Positions 36,801 through 46,787 of a stretch of 59,494 nt of DNA are shown here, piece after piece; positions within the stretch are counted from its first letter, which is position 1, and each line of letters begins with the position of its first letter. The notes beneath the pieces are model-generated. The model saw nothing but the letters and a program-made list of their open reading frames with translations. It had not been told where the DNA came from and ran no database searches. The DNA lies in the IMG/VR virus record IMGVR_UViG_3300017708_000345, positions 1-59,494 of that record; one strand, written 5' to 3'. The DNA comes from a virus. Its lineage: Duplodnaviria; Caudoviricetes. The position numbers were made by a program, and so were the translations under genes.

Positions 36801-39800
36801 TCCTTGGCCAAGTGCCTTGATGTCCGCAAAGAAGTCATCGTACCTGTCATAAAACGGCTTTCTTTCCTCTTTAATAAAATCAGGAGGGGCGGAACCAGAA
36901 AGATTACCTTCTGCATCTAGGCGTCGGTCGCCGCCGCCCTCATACTTGCCTGCAAGAGTTGGCGCATCCCAGAAAGCGGTGCCTCGGCCAACAGAAGCTG
37001 TCGGCAACAACCTACTGTCTAGAACACTAGAAGTAATTGGTATTTGATCTCTCATTTGCCAAGGCGGCGTGACAGAGCTGCTAAAAGGCATAATATGCTT
37101 TCTAGCGTACAGGATACCTTTTTGTTTGTTTAGATTTCCGTAATCTGGACCAAGAGGGTTGCTGTTAGGGTTTTGTCTTTGTGTGAAGTGAACGTACATG
37201 TTTTGTAGTTCGCCAGATTTGTGCCCGTCTTCATTGTTGCCCGGATTGTTTGGATAAGTTCCAGCACCGAAAAGACCTCCGTAAGCTTTAGGCTGTGCCT
37301 CGGTGGCGAAATCTTCAATAGCATCCAAAACCCAAATACTCTGTCCGGGGGTGACACCCATTGAGTTTCTTATTTTTTCGAAGAGCGCACTTTTAGCTCC
37401 ATTGGTTGTAAAGTCATCTACTGGGTATCCGAAACCTTTGTTATGACGATATAGAACATATCTGTTCTTGTTTCTTTCTAGTCGGTCATCGCGCCAGAAG
37501 TCATTATAGTAGTTAGTTCTACCTCGAACCTTATTTGTGCCCATGTTTTCATTTGAAGGGTAAACAACTTCTGAGTAAACAATCTTATTTACAGCAACAA
37601 CTGGGCTGGCCGGATCGTCTAAAGCACCCTCAAGATAAAGACCTTTAATCTGCTCATAAGCAGTGTCTTCAATATTTGAATTCAAGTTAATTGCATTTGC
37701 AAATTCTTCATTATCAAAAGTAGTTAATGAGTTTCCAAAAGTGGATTCAATAACAACAGTGCTTACCTTGTCTCGGCCTCTTCTAGTTTTGCCAGTTTTA
37801 ATCTGTAGTTCGTGAACAAGGGGTCTAAATCTTGTTGTCGCAACTGATTGAGAAATTTGTAGAGTTGCACCGTATCTTCCTCGGACCTGTGTTGTGCCCC
37901 CTACTACTGGGACGTTAATAGTATCGCCTCCATCGGGAGTATGACTATAGATATTATTATTGCGGTAAAATCTTCCTAGTGGGCCTTGGCCTACTCGAAT
38001 TTGCTTCCAAGTTGGGTAACCATAGGGGCCTTGACGATGTGAAATGATTTGATTTAATGCAATAGCCCTGAAAGATCCAATATCACTATATGTGCCTGTG
38101 ACCTGTGTACCGGGACTAAACAACTCAATGAATCCGCCGTGGAGAACAGTAGTCTTAGAACCAAGTTTTGAAATATCTGAGTGGTTGTAATATCTTAAGG
38201 TGCTAAGATTAAGATTAAAGCCAGTGGTTTGCTCGGCTGGATCAATCTTTTCAATAATATTAGAATTTAGGCCCGCAAAGTCTGTAGGAACAAAACTTCC
38301 ACTAGAGATGCCTGAAGCGTGTTCCCAATTTGGATTTTTAATAGAGGGAAGTCTTACCTCGCCATTAGTCTTGATAGCATTTGAACTGAAGATCGCGAAT
38401 GAACCTACATCACTGGCGCTTGCAAAGTTTATAGCTCCGACAAGGCCAGCAGACGTAGAGACATGCCCATCATAAGGGAAGTATCCGTAAATATTTGTAT
38501 TTGAAGAAATATAAGAAGCAGTAATCCAAGCGTATTGATAATCTGATCTTGGAATCATATGTTGGACGTAGTAGTTATCAAAAGTTGATGCAGTTAGGGC
38601 AACAGTCTGAGAAGAAGCACTCAATTCGAGCCTCTTGAGTGGGTTTCTGTTAACCTTGTGATAAGATGCGTCAACAGTGTAATCTAGAGCAGATACTGAA
38701 GAGCCTGATCTTATACCAAACTGTTCACTCCGCTCTGTAAGAAGAGTTTGCAAAGGCTGTCGAACAGTAAGGTTTCTGTAATTAAGGTTATTATAAGGTG
38801 AGAACTGAGCAGATGGAAGGTCTAAACCTGCACCACCTTGGTTGTCTCCAGATGTCTCAGGGCCACCGGGGGCAGAGAAGCGTTCGACAATAACATGCTT
38901 GTAAGCGTCTCTGGTTGGCTTTGTATAGTCAACCACACCAGTGATGGCTGTTGAGAGAATACTTGCTGAACCAAAGCCTTCTGCTTTAACAAACGCGCTA
39001 TTATTGAGACTGCGATCTGATGTTTGCACGAACTCGTATACTTCATTGTAGTTGCCCATTGCAACTGTGCCGTTTGAAGCTGTTGTGTGTTTAATATTTT
39101 TAATGCTTACAGGACGCTTAGCAATCTGATCACGGCGATATTGTGGACGGCTTGAGGTTTCTGTTTCAATACCAACACTTGCATCTGACTCGGGAATAAA
39201 GAATAGTGTTTGGGTGTTTTCCCTGAATAAACCATAAGCTTCGGGTCTTGTTGTGGCAGTATCAGAACCTCGATTTACATCAACGTGCCTATGGCGATGG
39301 CCACCAACATGTTTTTCAGTAAACGGCCCTTGCATTGGAATCTCGTAAGAATCTCCATAAGAGTCATTATGCCACCCTGCTAGTTCAGCATTATTTTTAA
39401 GAAGCGGGATACCATCAGTGTCCCTTGTATGACTAGCAGCTTCTTTCGAGTAACCATTTTCTGTCTGCGCCGAAGAACTAAATGGCACAAATGGCATAAC
39501 ATACTTTGAGCCTTCAATATTATCTGGAAGATTTGTTGTGCTGGTAGTGTTTTCAGATGGTGAAATAGCGACTCTTCTCTTTTCTTGTTTCAATACTGGT
39601 CGCAATTCTGGCGTAGCTATATCTGGCGTTCCACCAATAATTCTAGTTTTAAGGCCCTTAGAATTTCTAAGAATAGAGAATATGGCATCAGGCTTTTGTC
39701 CTCTTGGGTAGTTGTAACCACCCTTGATCTCTGGGGATATGCTTGGAGTAATGCGTACAGGCTGAGCAAATCGGCGTAGGGCGTAAGTTGAACCTTCGTA

Positions 39801-42800
39801 GTTGCCAGATGAGCCAACGAATGTTTCTGCTGAAGCAGAGTTGAAGCTAAGAATAATATCGTTTATTGATTGTCTCGCGCTGTCAATAGCCGCAGGAGTT
39901 GCAAAAGTGGCATTATCTCGCTTAGCTCGCTCTTTCCACCATTTTGCATTTGTGTCCTGACTATCATTAAGTGGAGCATGGCCAAACTCCCAGCTATAAG
40001 TCAACTCTTCAATTCTCTGTACACGAGCTTCTAGCTTAGCTTCATCGCCACCAAATCTCTGGTTGCCCTTGTAGTCAAGGAGAGGGTACTGATGTCGGTA
40101 CTTGGACCTACCAAGAATGTGGTCTTCAATCATAACTCGAATTTCGTCGCTAACATCGGCTGAAGCTGGAACAAGTTGTTGCAAGAAAATAGCAAGTGAT
40201 TGATCAATCCACTTGTAGAAGTCAATAAATTTATCAAGATCTGGGTTGTTATCGACCTTTTCAAAGAAAAGGTTGCGAAGCTTGTCAAGACCCTTGTAGT
40301 TATCTCTGTACTTGTGGACCATATCCCCGATAAGATTGTTGAAGTCAACAATTGTACCAAACATATCAACCATTTCTTGCGAAATGACACCATACATACT
40401 CTTTTCGAAAGCAAAGAACATTTGAGAAATAGCTGCGTCTCTTGGGAAGAATTCGTCGTCCCCTGTCATCACGTTGACAGAATCGGCAGTATTGACAACC
40501 TCTGGGAGTCTTGTCTTAGCTGTTGGAATAAATTCTTTATTGATTACTCCGGTAGAAGATACAGCATCGGGGAAGTAACCAACACCTGCGTACTGGTTAG
40601 CCAAGATGTGCGATACATCAGTTGCATTTGGGTATCTGTCTCTTAAGCTGACAGAGCCCGAAGAAGCATCATTAACAGCAAACTCGCCTGAGGCGTTAGA
40701 TGCAGTTACTTGTGAATAATCCCAGTTTAGGGCAAGTGACGCCGCCTCTGGAATATAAACATTGACTTCGCCTGTAGATGTGGTATTTGTTCCGAAAAGA
40801 ATATTTCTTGATGGATTCTTTGTTCCAATATTCTCTGGATCTCTAGCATGGGCTTCAATAACAGAATTATCTAGGTAGCCAAGGTAGTGTCGAAGCGAAG
40901 ACACTCTAACATCAGAGTTAGTTATCACTGAGCCACTAAAGTTAGTTCTGTCTGCTCCAACATAATATCTTCTTCTGCTGCTTAGGTAACCGTTGTGTAG
41001 CCCAGTCGTTGAAAGCTCGAAGCGGTTCTTGACTACACCATACTCCATATTTATGCCATACCACTCTAGAACTCCGTCACCGGTCACGCCAGAGCCAGTG
41101 ATCCCGTTTGAGTATGGCCAGAACTTGTCTTTTATCCTGACAGCAAAGTTCCACTTTTGATTATCATACACATTGCTATAAACATCCGAAGTTAGTGTAA
41201 AATTACCTGCTCGGTCTTTAAGAACAAAGAAAACGTCTTTTGATTCGTAGTTTGTTCTTACTGCGTAAAGCTGGAAGTTTCTATCTTGTGCAGTAGCAGC
41301 AGTGAAGTTAAAGTCAGAATGGCTTGACGCAGCCGCGTGGTGGCCAAAGATAGAAGAACTGAGAAAGTTAGTATCAAAATGCTGTTCATTTGATCTGTCA
41401 AACTTTCTTGGGAATATAACTTCAATCTCGGTAGTTGTTGCAAAGTTAGCATTTGTACCAGAGATATAAGTTACATCTGTTGTGTTGGCATTATTAAGTG
41501 AAGAACTTTGATAAACGATGCCGCCAAAACGGTCTGGAGAGTTAAAATCCACATAGTTCTTTCGTGTTGTGGTGTCATAGAAAGTGTCCTCAAATTTGAA
41601 TTCTGTGTTGTTGCCGTATGCATTGAATTTTACAATCTCGTCTCCAATGCCGTAACAACGGATGAGGTTTCTGAAAGCCTTTTCAGTTCCCTTGGACTTG
41701 TAGATATAGCTGAGGTTGTTGTAAATGTTTTGGTAAATTAAGTTCTTAACTTCATGAATGTCAATTGAGTAAGCTTCGTCTGATGACCTATTCCCAAAGT
41801 ATTCTAAAAGTGTAGCATCAACAAAAATCTCAGGAGCTGCTAGACCTTTTGATGTTAATAACCTTTGGGCAAATGGAAGAGGCTTGACACTTGCACTATC
41901 ATAAGTTGTATCCGTTAAGTTAGGAAGCCTTTCAACTTGAAGCTGCAAGGTATCAAAATAAGAACCCACAATCTGAGTTAATTTCTTGAGGTCTCCGTTG
42001 CCTTTCGTCTCATCCTCGTCAACCATCCAACTTGGAAGAGAGTCTTTGATACTTGCTTGGTTTTCGAAGTCATGGATACTTCCAGTAACTTCAAGCTCTG
42101 TTCTTAGAGTCTGAACGTCTGGGTGAAAATCATAAATAATAGGGTCTCGATACTCAACTGTGCCAGCAGTAACCGATGTTGCCTCATTTATAGCAGACCC
42201 GGTTGATCTAGCACCAGAAGCGTATCCTGTCCAAGTTCCGTTCGTAATGCGGCCAGAGTAATCCAAAACAGTTGAGTCAGTGGAAGAAACACCTGTAATC
42301 CCTTCATTGAACTTGTAATAAACGCCAAGTTCTGCGTTTGCAATTTCGTTGTTAGTTCCACCTCGGACCTGTGTCCAATAGTTCTCTTGAATCTGCTTTT
42401 CAGTTCTCAGAGACTTCCAGTATCTGAACTCATCTAATGATCCAGAAAGCTTTCCTGCACCTGCAACTGCGGAGGAACCACTTGGGCTTGTTATAAGAGC
42501 ACCAATGCGGGCTCGGAGCGCACCAGTAACTTCCTGTATATCTAGGGCACTTTCTAGAGAACTAACAGAAGTACCATCAACATAAACTTTAAGTGCGGAA
42601 GTGCCAGAGGTATTCTTAAAACTGATTGCGTAATGACGCCAAGCGCCATCGGCCAATGTACTGTCTGTCAACCCGGTGTCCAAGTTAACATTGGCAAACC
42701 CAGTTGTACCGGACATTATGTTTAATCTTAGCGGGGTAGAAGAAGCAGTTAAGAAAACCGTCAGTCTTCCGTAAGATACACTACCAGAATCTTCTCCGTT

Positions 42801-43478
42801 CCATAGATCAAAAAGAACCTCTTTTTCAGTAAGACTTGGAATAAACTCGTCTTTTTTCAGCCAAAACTCAACTGTCTGTCCTGTTGTCCAGTCAAACTTT
42901 AGATTTGATTCTCTTGAGCCTACTCTTCCTAGTGCAAGAGTTCCTTCAGTGTTGTAAATATCTGTGTCATAGTAGTTTGAGCCAGTAAACTTCTGATGTA
43001 GCTTACCTGTTGGCATTCCACCGGATGCAGTATTTGGACCACCTTTTAATTCAATATATTCTGGGTTTGACGATCTACCATAACCATCGGCTACACTTGA
43101 TTGTGCTCCCCAACCGTTGGCAGAAAAAATAGCATAACCAGTTGTTCTTGGGTATCTCGAATCAAAAACGTACTTGTCAATGTAGTTTGATTCGTTTTGG
43201 AAGCGAGTGATCTCTTCTTCTGAGCCATCATATGGATACTCTCTAATAATTCTTGAGATAGTATCTTCATAATACTGCTGTGCTGAGCCATAGCGGGCAA
43301 AGTTCTCTGGTTTTGAAAAATCTACCTGAGGTATAAAGCGATTGATTCGCTCGATCTGCTCTCGAACATTATCGGCAGATTCTAATTCAGGTGCATTTTT
43401 TACAACTTCTTCTTCAAGATTTGTGGAGACAAGAACCGCACTTGGCTTGTTTTTGTCAAAAAGCTTCTTAATGCTCAT
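33885..43478 (-). CDS. Giant 3197-aa baseplate wedge/adsorption protein (gp7/P2 gpI-like motif plus LamG/concanavalin-A-like domain)
   Basis: LamG pattern TVEFWL...WRHYAI...KVYVDG...GSLDEFRYW...LGVYYKFNEG; wedge motif IYKSKGTEKAFRNLIRCYG; lies downstream of gp25-gp6. Confidence 0.7.
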   Translation of the reverse strand: MSIKKLFDKNKPSAVLVSTNLEEEVVKNAPELESADNVREQIERINRFIPQVDFSKPENFARYGSAQQYYEDTISRIIREYPYDGSEEEITRFQNESNYIDKYVFDSRYPRTTGYAIFSANGWGAQSSVADGYGRSSNPEYIELKGGPNTASGGMPTGKLHQKFTGSNYYDTDIYNTEGTLALGRVGSRESNLKFDWTTGQTVEFWLKKDEFIPSLTEKEVLFDLWNGEDSGSVSYGRLTVFLTASSTPLRLNIMSGTTGFANVNLDTGLTDSTLADGAWRHYAISFKNTSGTSALKVYVDGTSVSSLESALDIQEVTGALRARIGALITSPSGSSAVAGAGKLSGSLDEFRYWKSLRTEKQIQENYWTQVRGGTNNEIANAELGVYYKFNEGITGVSSTDSTVLDYSGRITNGTWTGYASGARSTGSAINEATSVTAGTVEYRDPIIYDFHPDVQTLRTELEVTGSIHDFENQASIKDSLPSWMVDEDETKGNGDLKKLTQIVGSYFDTLQLQVERLPNLTDTTYDSASVKPLPFAQRLLTSKGLAAPEIFVDATLLEYFGNRSSDEAYSIDIHEVKNLIYQNIYNNLSYIYKSKGTEKAFRNLIRCYGIGDEIVKFNAYGNNTEFKFEDTFYDTTTRKNYVDFNSPDRFGGIVYQSSSLNNANTTDVTYISGTNANFATTTEIEVIFPRKFDRSNEQHFDTNFLSSSIFGHHAAASSHSDFNFTAATAQDRNFQLYAVRTNYESKDVFFVLKDRAGNFTLTSDVYSNVYDNQKWNFAVRIKDKFWPYSNGITGSGVTGDGVLEWYGINMEYGVVKNRFELSTTGLHNGYLSSRRRYYVGADRTNFSGSVITNSDVRVSSLRHYLGYLDNSVIEAHARDPENIGTKNPSRNILFGTNTTSTGEVNVYIPEAASLALNWDYSQVTASNASGEFAVNDASSGSVSLRDRYPNATDVSHILANQYAGVGYFPDAVSSTGVINKEFIPTAKTRLPEVVNTADSVNVMTGDDEFFPRDAAISQMFFAFEKSMYGVISQEMVDMFGTIVDFNNLIGDMVHKYRDNYKGLDKLRNLFFEKVDNNPDLDKFIDFYKWIDQSLAIFLQQLVPASADVSDEIRVMIEDHILGRSKYRHQYPLLDYKGNQRFGGDEAKLEARVQRIEELTYSWEFGHAPLNDSQDTNAKWWKERAKRDNATFATPAAIDSARQSINDIILSFNSASAETFVGSSGNYEGSTYALRRFAQPVRITPSISPEIKGGYNYPRGQKPDAIFSILRNSKGLKTRIIGGTPDIATPELRPVLKQEKRRVAISPSENTTSTTNLPDNIEGSKYVMPFVPFSSSAQTENGYSKEAASHTRDTDGIPLLKNNAELAGWHNDSYGDSYEIPMQGPFTEKHVGGHRHRHVDVNRGSDTATTRPEAYGLFRENTQTLFFIPESDASVGIETETSSRPQYRRDQIAKRPVSIKNIKHTTASNGTVAMGNYNEVYEFVQTSDRSLNNSAFVKAEGFGSASILSTAITGVVDYTKPTRDAYKHVIVERFSAPGGPETSGDNQGGAGLDLPSAQFSPYNNLNYRNLTVRQPLQTLLTERSEQFGIRSGSSVSALDYTVDASYHKVNRNPLKRLELSASSQTVALTASTFDNYYVQHMIPRSDYQYAWITASYISSNTNIYGYFPYDGHVSTSAGLVGAINFASASDVGSFAIFSSNAIKTNGEVRLPSIKNPNWEHASGISSGSFVPTDFAGLNSNIIEKIDPAEQTTGFNLNLSTLRYYNHSDISKLGSKTTVLHGGFIELFSPGTQVTGTYSDIGSFRAIALNQIISHRQGPYGYPTWKQIRVGQGPLGRFYRNNNIYSHTPDGGDTINVPVVGGTTQVRGRYGATLQISQSVATTRFRPLVHELQIKTGKTRRGRDKVSTVVIESTFGNSLTTFDNEEFANAINLNSNIEDTAYEQIKGLYLEGALDDPASPVVAVNKIVYSEVVYPSNENMGTNKVRGRTNYYNDFWRDDRLERNKNRYVLYRHNKGFGYPVDDFTTNGAKSALFEKIRNSMGVTPGQSIWVLDAIEDFATEAQPKAYGGLFGAGTYPNNPGNNEDGHKSGELQNMYVHFTQRQNPNSNPLGPDYGNLNKQKGILYARKHIMPFSSSVTPPWQMRDQIPITSSVLDSRLLPTASVGRGTAFWDAPTLAGKYEGGGDRRLDAEGNLSGSAPPDFIKEERKPFYDRYDDFFADIKALGQGYSVLPEFRISDHLDFYDMRDNDFLVENERMLRIVGTPTGNVSLAQDGTSVPGNSKDDSFFTVFTNSDFMKYFEVIRDDHEDFAAPNSIKLKCKAVKKFVPYNGFYPAERTRLLAQRFSGSVGQYLNFTLDNANAEKAKQNIFNKPFFSPGILFNTIKSGLAVDYPIMTGAYDVAPLYGLESNATERYATTASFAIYSNSTKQSKTGLGAGVIRPEASGVSHADGWDYRVPFEALVEPERYLAGVNIVNDEPSKFGILSATASWDGQLVNRKYNNMMHNFLAESIDFFLRKGECTKLVSKPSGQWKPMIPGQPYGMRIKMYRSTTGAKPPTGSWGEYSIPQNLSGTVNTNFTMYSRPSAFGPPVAVHSGSATDGLDGYYNTGSSEFSPVNAVYASHTPPYYDGEAWIDIVFYPSASISTTALNASGEFVPTLNDLHTIARIGTDDQTGDRDNPGGGPNSVFGNEGSNDARIGLQGTYIRKWRFDQEALSPYAGSSYFQTASEYGPMAGPWANAWAMQADASLNLFEKQGRRWKIQTKFETPMLNFNYLTDSDITQVASSETISNGGANSVIPRGMWHQFGRLPLDDEGVYIQVTDIPSNWLENHPSSSIVNDPSGLFDFRNRISTGSATDFTSAEVENIRSSLQGYRIPIDGAGKDLLGTDDGSTHTTPKPLSLVDICGFDTEPVKVGRMRNKKRISEAIVAVPFVEEEGERKFFNILDPRSALFNSVAGPSVKRQVELMGKYIFPPAMDFVANPSVDPVAMYIFEFFHDLDSDDLSHIWQNLNPKIGVQAEAALATVEHPLLVNELLGDTTEAIDAITQGLLPHHIELPEKLKWMVFKVKKRAKRDYFKAIGQRDVEETPFYTFNWPYDNFSLVELAQVQSDVTIGSTILKQEPASIPVVPAETIESKRLNPDADVRTPSGQVPSTPASGQTLDIDPNEVSRTGNNTQLNTDGVDTNLTNPFPTLNSGEDR

Positions 43479-43480
43479 TA

Positions 43481-44980
43481 CTAACTCTGCCTCTTGGTTT
43501 CAACCTTGAATTTAAAAGCGTCTGGTTGCTCCACCCATTCTCCTATATCTTGATTGTAGAAAGCAAAATTAATTCCGTACATGTACCCGGACTCTAACAT
43601 TCCCATGTCCAAATCAAAATAGGAGCCTGATGCGTCATAGGAGAGAATAGTGTGATTATCGCTCCCTGTACCATATGGAATGACTTTGAGATCATCAACA
43701 ACTCGATAAATTTCATAGGATCCACTCTCAACGATATATACCTCTGGTGTGGCTACCGCTCTAGTATAAATAGTGGGATTCCAATCTTTTTGTCTCGTGA
43801 ATAATCTAAAACGTGCTGTCTCATCTGGACGATAAGCTTCTTTAAGATTTGTTATTGAGATGACGTATTCATCATCTGGTGCTGTCAAAGAATTAGCTAA
43901 TACTTCAGGACTGATTGTGCCGGTCTGGAACTGCGTTGTAAGGTCTCCGTTATGCCAGACGTCGTACAGTGTCTCGATTGGCGTTGCGGCTGCTGTAAGG
44001 GCCACTGAGGCTGAATAAATGCCTGTTGAGACGTAGCCTCCTGTAACCACAGTTTGCAACGCTGACCGGACGTGTGTTCCGTCTGCCACCAAAGTGATAG
44101 CACTTCCAGAGGGCGCTGTATCGTCGGCGGACCCTGAAAAGAAACTCACATAAATATTACCTGTACCTATTGAAGGAATATTTCTTAGACGGCCTCTGAA
44201 GTAATTGTAAAAATAAATTGTATTTAAGTTTTCTGCGGCGGTTGCGAGAGAGCTGGAATAGTAGAAGTTTCCTCTATCATCTTCGATAGATGAGTTCCAG
44301 CGTGCTTCTAATACAGGCTTTTTGAAATGGAACTCTGTACCTCGTGCAAAAAACTTTTTAGTGTAGTAAGATCGAGCAGCCTCTTCAAGAGATGAAGTTA
44401 AAAAGATGCCAAATCCATAATTATCAATAGTACCAGCCAACCAATCTTCTACGATAACAGAAACATCTATCTCAAGATCTTCAGTCCCATCATCAAAAGC
44501 TTGTGATTTAACGTATCTAAGTGGCTGGGATACTGATCCCGTTAAGTAATCTCCGCCTGCGGTTGTCCATGCTGCTGTTGAACTTGCTGAAACCCAGTTA
44601 GATTTGCCAATATCTTTGTATAACTCCATATCAAGCCCGGTGCCCTCGTTCCAAGAAGCTGAAACAGGCTGTGCCATTAGGGTGAAAGACTTGGGCAAAG
44701 TTTGCCCATGCGGGGCATTAGATAGCTTAAGGTAAAAAGAAACATTGCCTGAAGCTGGTAAAACATTATTAGTTCTATCCGTGGAAAGCTCTGAGGTATC
44801 AAATTCTACCAGAACGCGAGAAAGCTCAGAAGAAGCCGAATTAGCTTGACCGTAAATTGAGAATACTTCTAGAATATCTGACGCACCCATGTTGGAGGTT
44901 GTTGCGCGTGAAGTAAGGTTCTCTTTAAAAGCGTTTGTTATAGTGTTGTCTTTTATAGCAAAGTATCTTTTAATAGCCAT
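43481..44980 (-). CDS. Virion protein with DNRLRE-like N-terminal domain
   Basis: KDNTI...SRVLVEFD...YLKL...SWNEGTG...WTTAGGD...EIDVS.IVEDWL...NYGF...KPVLEARW pattern. Confidence 0.6.
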   Translation of the reverse strand: MAIKRYFAIKDNTITNAFKENLTSRATTSNMGASDILEVFSIYGQANSASSELSRVLVEFDTSELSTDRTNNVLPASGNVSFYLKLSNAPHGQTLPKSFTLMAQPVSASWNEGTGLDMELYKDIGKSNWVSASSTAAWTTAGGDYLTGSVSQPLRYVKSQAFDDGTEDLEIDVSVIVEDWLAGTIDNYGFGIFLTSSLEEAARSYYTKKFFARGTEFHFKKPVLEARWNSSIEDDRGNFYYSSSLATAAENLNTIYFYNYFRGRLRNIPSIGTGNIYVSFFSGSADDTAPSGSAITLVADGTHVRSALQTVVTGGYVSTGIYSASVALTAAATPIETLYDVWHNGDLTTQFQTGTISPEVLANSLTAPDDEYVISITNLKEAYRPDETARFRLFTRQKDWNPTIYTRAVATPEVYIVESGSYEIYRVVDDLKVIPYGTGSDNHTILSYDASGSYFDLDMGMLESGYMYGINFAFYNQDIGEWVEQPDAFKFKVETKRQS

Positions 44981-46770
44981 TATTTAACAGTTCCTCTTAT
45001 GTCAATAGTAGGAAACTTGATTTCTAGAATTACGTTATCTGGAACAGAGAGGTAACGCCCATCAAGTGACATGTACTTGTCTATATTAAATGTTGATTGG
45101 GAATAATTTCCGCCCGACTTATTAACTAGTTTTACGTTGACCGTATCTACAACGCCTCGTACCTTATTTAGCTCAGTAAATACGTCTGTAACATAGAATC
45201 TTTCGCCAATATACATTGTTTTATTGAACTTATTTATAAGGGCCTGCGTTGCATTATCAAGAACTTCAAATCTGTTGACATCCTCACTGGAAACAACTTC
45301 AAATTCTATTCCAATATTAACAATCTTGGCGTTTAAAATATCAACTGTGTCATTGATCATTCTATATCGGTTCAACCAGACTTTCAAATTATCCTTGAGA
45401 GCAGAATTAGACTGGATGAGCTTACCCGTTGCGTCTTCTGAGATCACATACATATTTAGATTTCTTTTTAGAGAATCTTGGTCTCTGACCACTCTACAAC
45501 GCTTGACAGCGCCGAAATGCGATGGCATAGCGTAAGTAATCGCTTCATAATCAGTAGAGGTAACTGCTCTGTTTTGCGTTGGAAACAGATTCATAGCCTG
45601 CATTCTGATCTCTTCAACATCAGGATTTCGAACTGATCCAACAATAGGCTCCTCGTTGTAACACTCAAGACTTGTTATGACCGTTGTCGCCGCAGTTGTA
45701 CCTGCAATAGTTGGATCATTAAACTCAAATTGTGGAGTAACTATTTTATTAACAGCGCCAATGGCTGCGTTGGCTGACTCCGTGTTGTTTGATCTGTATG
45801 TTATGGTAAGAATGGTGTCGGCAGGCCCGATGCCTAACTTATCCGTACCTACAAGGTCGGAAGGATCAAAAGATGTGTCACTAACATAATCTTTAGCGAA
45901 TCTCTGAAGAACAACATTAGATGGCTCAGCCATGGAGGGGGTGGTAACTTCGGTCTCGGACCCGTAACCAAATTGTAATGTAACAGAGTTTCTAGTTTTT
46001 TCAGTTGTGAATCTTCTTGCGGCGATAAACGGACGGATAATAGAAGGAGCATTGTCCCTAGTATTTTCGTCTCTGTTAGGTATTGATTTGTATACAACAT
46101 CGTGAGTCAAGTAATCTACTTCGAAGTATTCGTTACCTTCAGCGTCAAAGACACTAACAACCTCTACAATATTGCTAACGTTTAATTGTACTTTTTTAAA
46201 TCTTTCAAAAGTTCCAACAGAAACGGTCTCTACACCGAAACGTCCTGAGATAACTTGGCCAACAGCTTTAACTGCGTAGCTTGTAGGTACGCCATTAGCA
46301 TCTTGTCTCGCGGCAACTGTTTCGTTGTTTGGATCATCAAATCTTACGTCTTCTGTAAGAATAAAACTAGCGCCTGCACTTGATAAAATCGTATTTCTCT
46401 TAAGGATTGGCATGTATCTAATATCTGGACCCAATCCGGTTGTGTTCGCTGGGATTATCGCGTAGATACTAACCATTCCGGTCGTAGACGGAGAGCCCTT
46501 GAACTTATAACCCATCTGCTTAGCAATTCTAATAATATTGTCATATTCAACTGATGTATCAAGGAAAGACTCATTAACTTGATAATCCAAATAGAATGAC
46601 ATAATGTCGCCAACGTAGGAGACAGTATCGAGCATTAAAGAGCCAAAAGAAGCTTCAGTAAAGTCCTTAAAGGTGTCAGGATAATATCGCTTAGCGTAAT
46701 CAACTAGATCTTCACGAATTGAGTCAAAATCTCTGCTTGTATATTTTATCGGGACGTTTCTTTTAGCCAT
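44980..46770 (-). CDS. Baseplate wedge protein (T4 gp6 / baseplate J-like)
   Basis: RDFDSIREDL...DF.E.SFGSLMLD.VSYVGD..SFY.D...NESFLD, AKQMGY, LQFGYG and TQNRAVTSTDYE. Confidence 0.92.
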   Translation of the reverse strand: MAKRNVPIKYTSRDFDSIREDLVDYAKRYYPDTFKDFTEASFGSLMLDTVSYVGDIMSFYLDYQVNESFLDTSVEYDNIIRIAKQMGYKFKGSPSTTGMVSIYAIIPANTTGLGPDIRYMPILKRNTILSSAGASFILTEDVRFDDPNNETVAARQDANGVPTSYAVKAVGQVISGRFGVETVSVGTFERFKKVQLNVSNIVEVVSVFDAEGNEYFEVDYLTHDVVYKSIPNRDENTRDNAPSIIRPFIAARRFTTEKTRNSVTLQFGYGSETEVTTPSMAEPSNVVLQRFAKDYVSDTSFDPSDLVGTDKLGIGPADTILTITYRSNNTESANAAIGAVNKIVTPQFEFNDPTIAGTTAATTVITSLECYNEEPIVGSVRNPDVEEIRMQAMNLFPTQNRAVTSTDYEAITYAMPSHFGAVKRCRVVRDQDSLKRNLNMYVISEDATGKLIQSNSALKDNLKVWLNRYRMINDTVDILNAKIVNIGIEFEVVSSEDVNRFEVLDNATQALINKFNKTMYIGERFYVTDVFTELNKVRGVVDTVNVKLVNKSGGNYSQSTFNIDKYMSLDGRYLSVPDNVILEIKFPTIDIRGTVK

Positions 46771-46787
46771 TTAAGGATCTCCATCAG

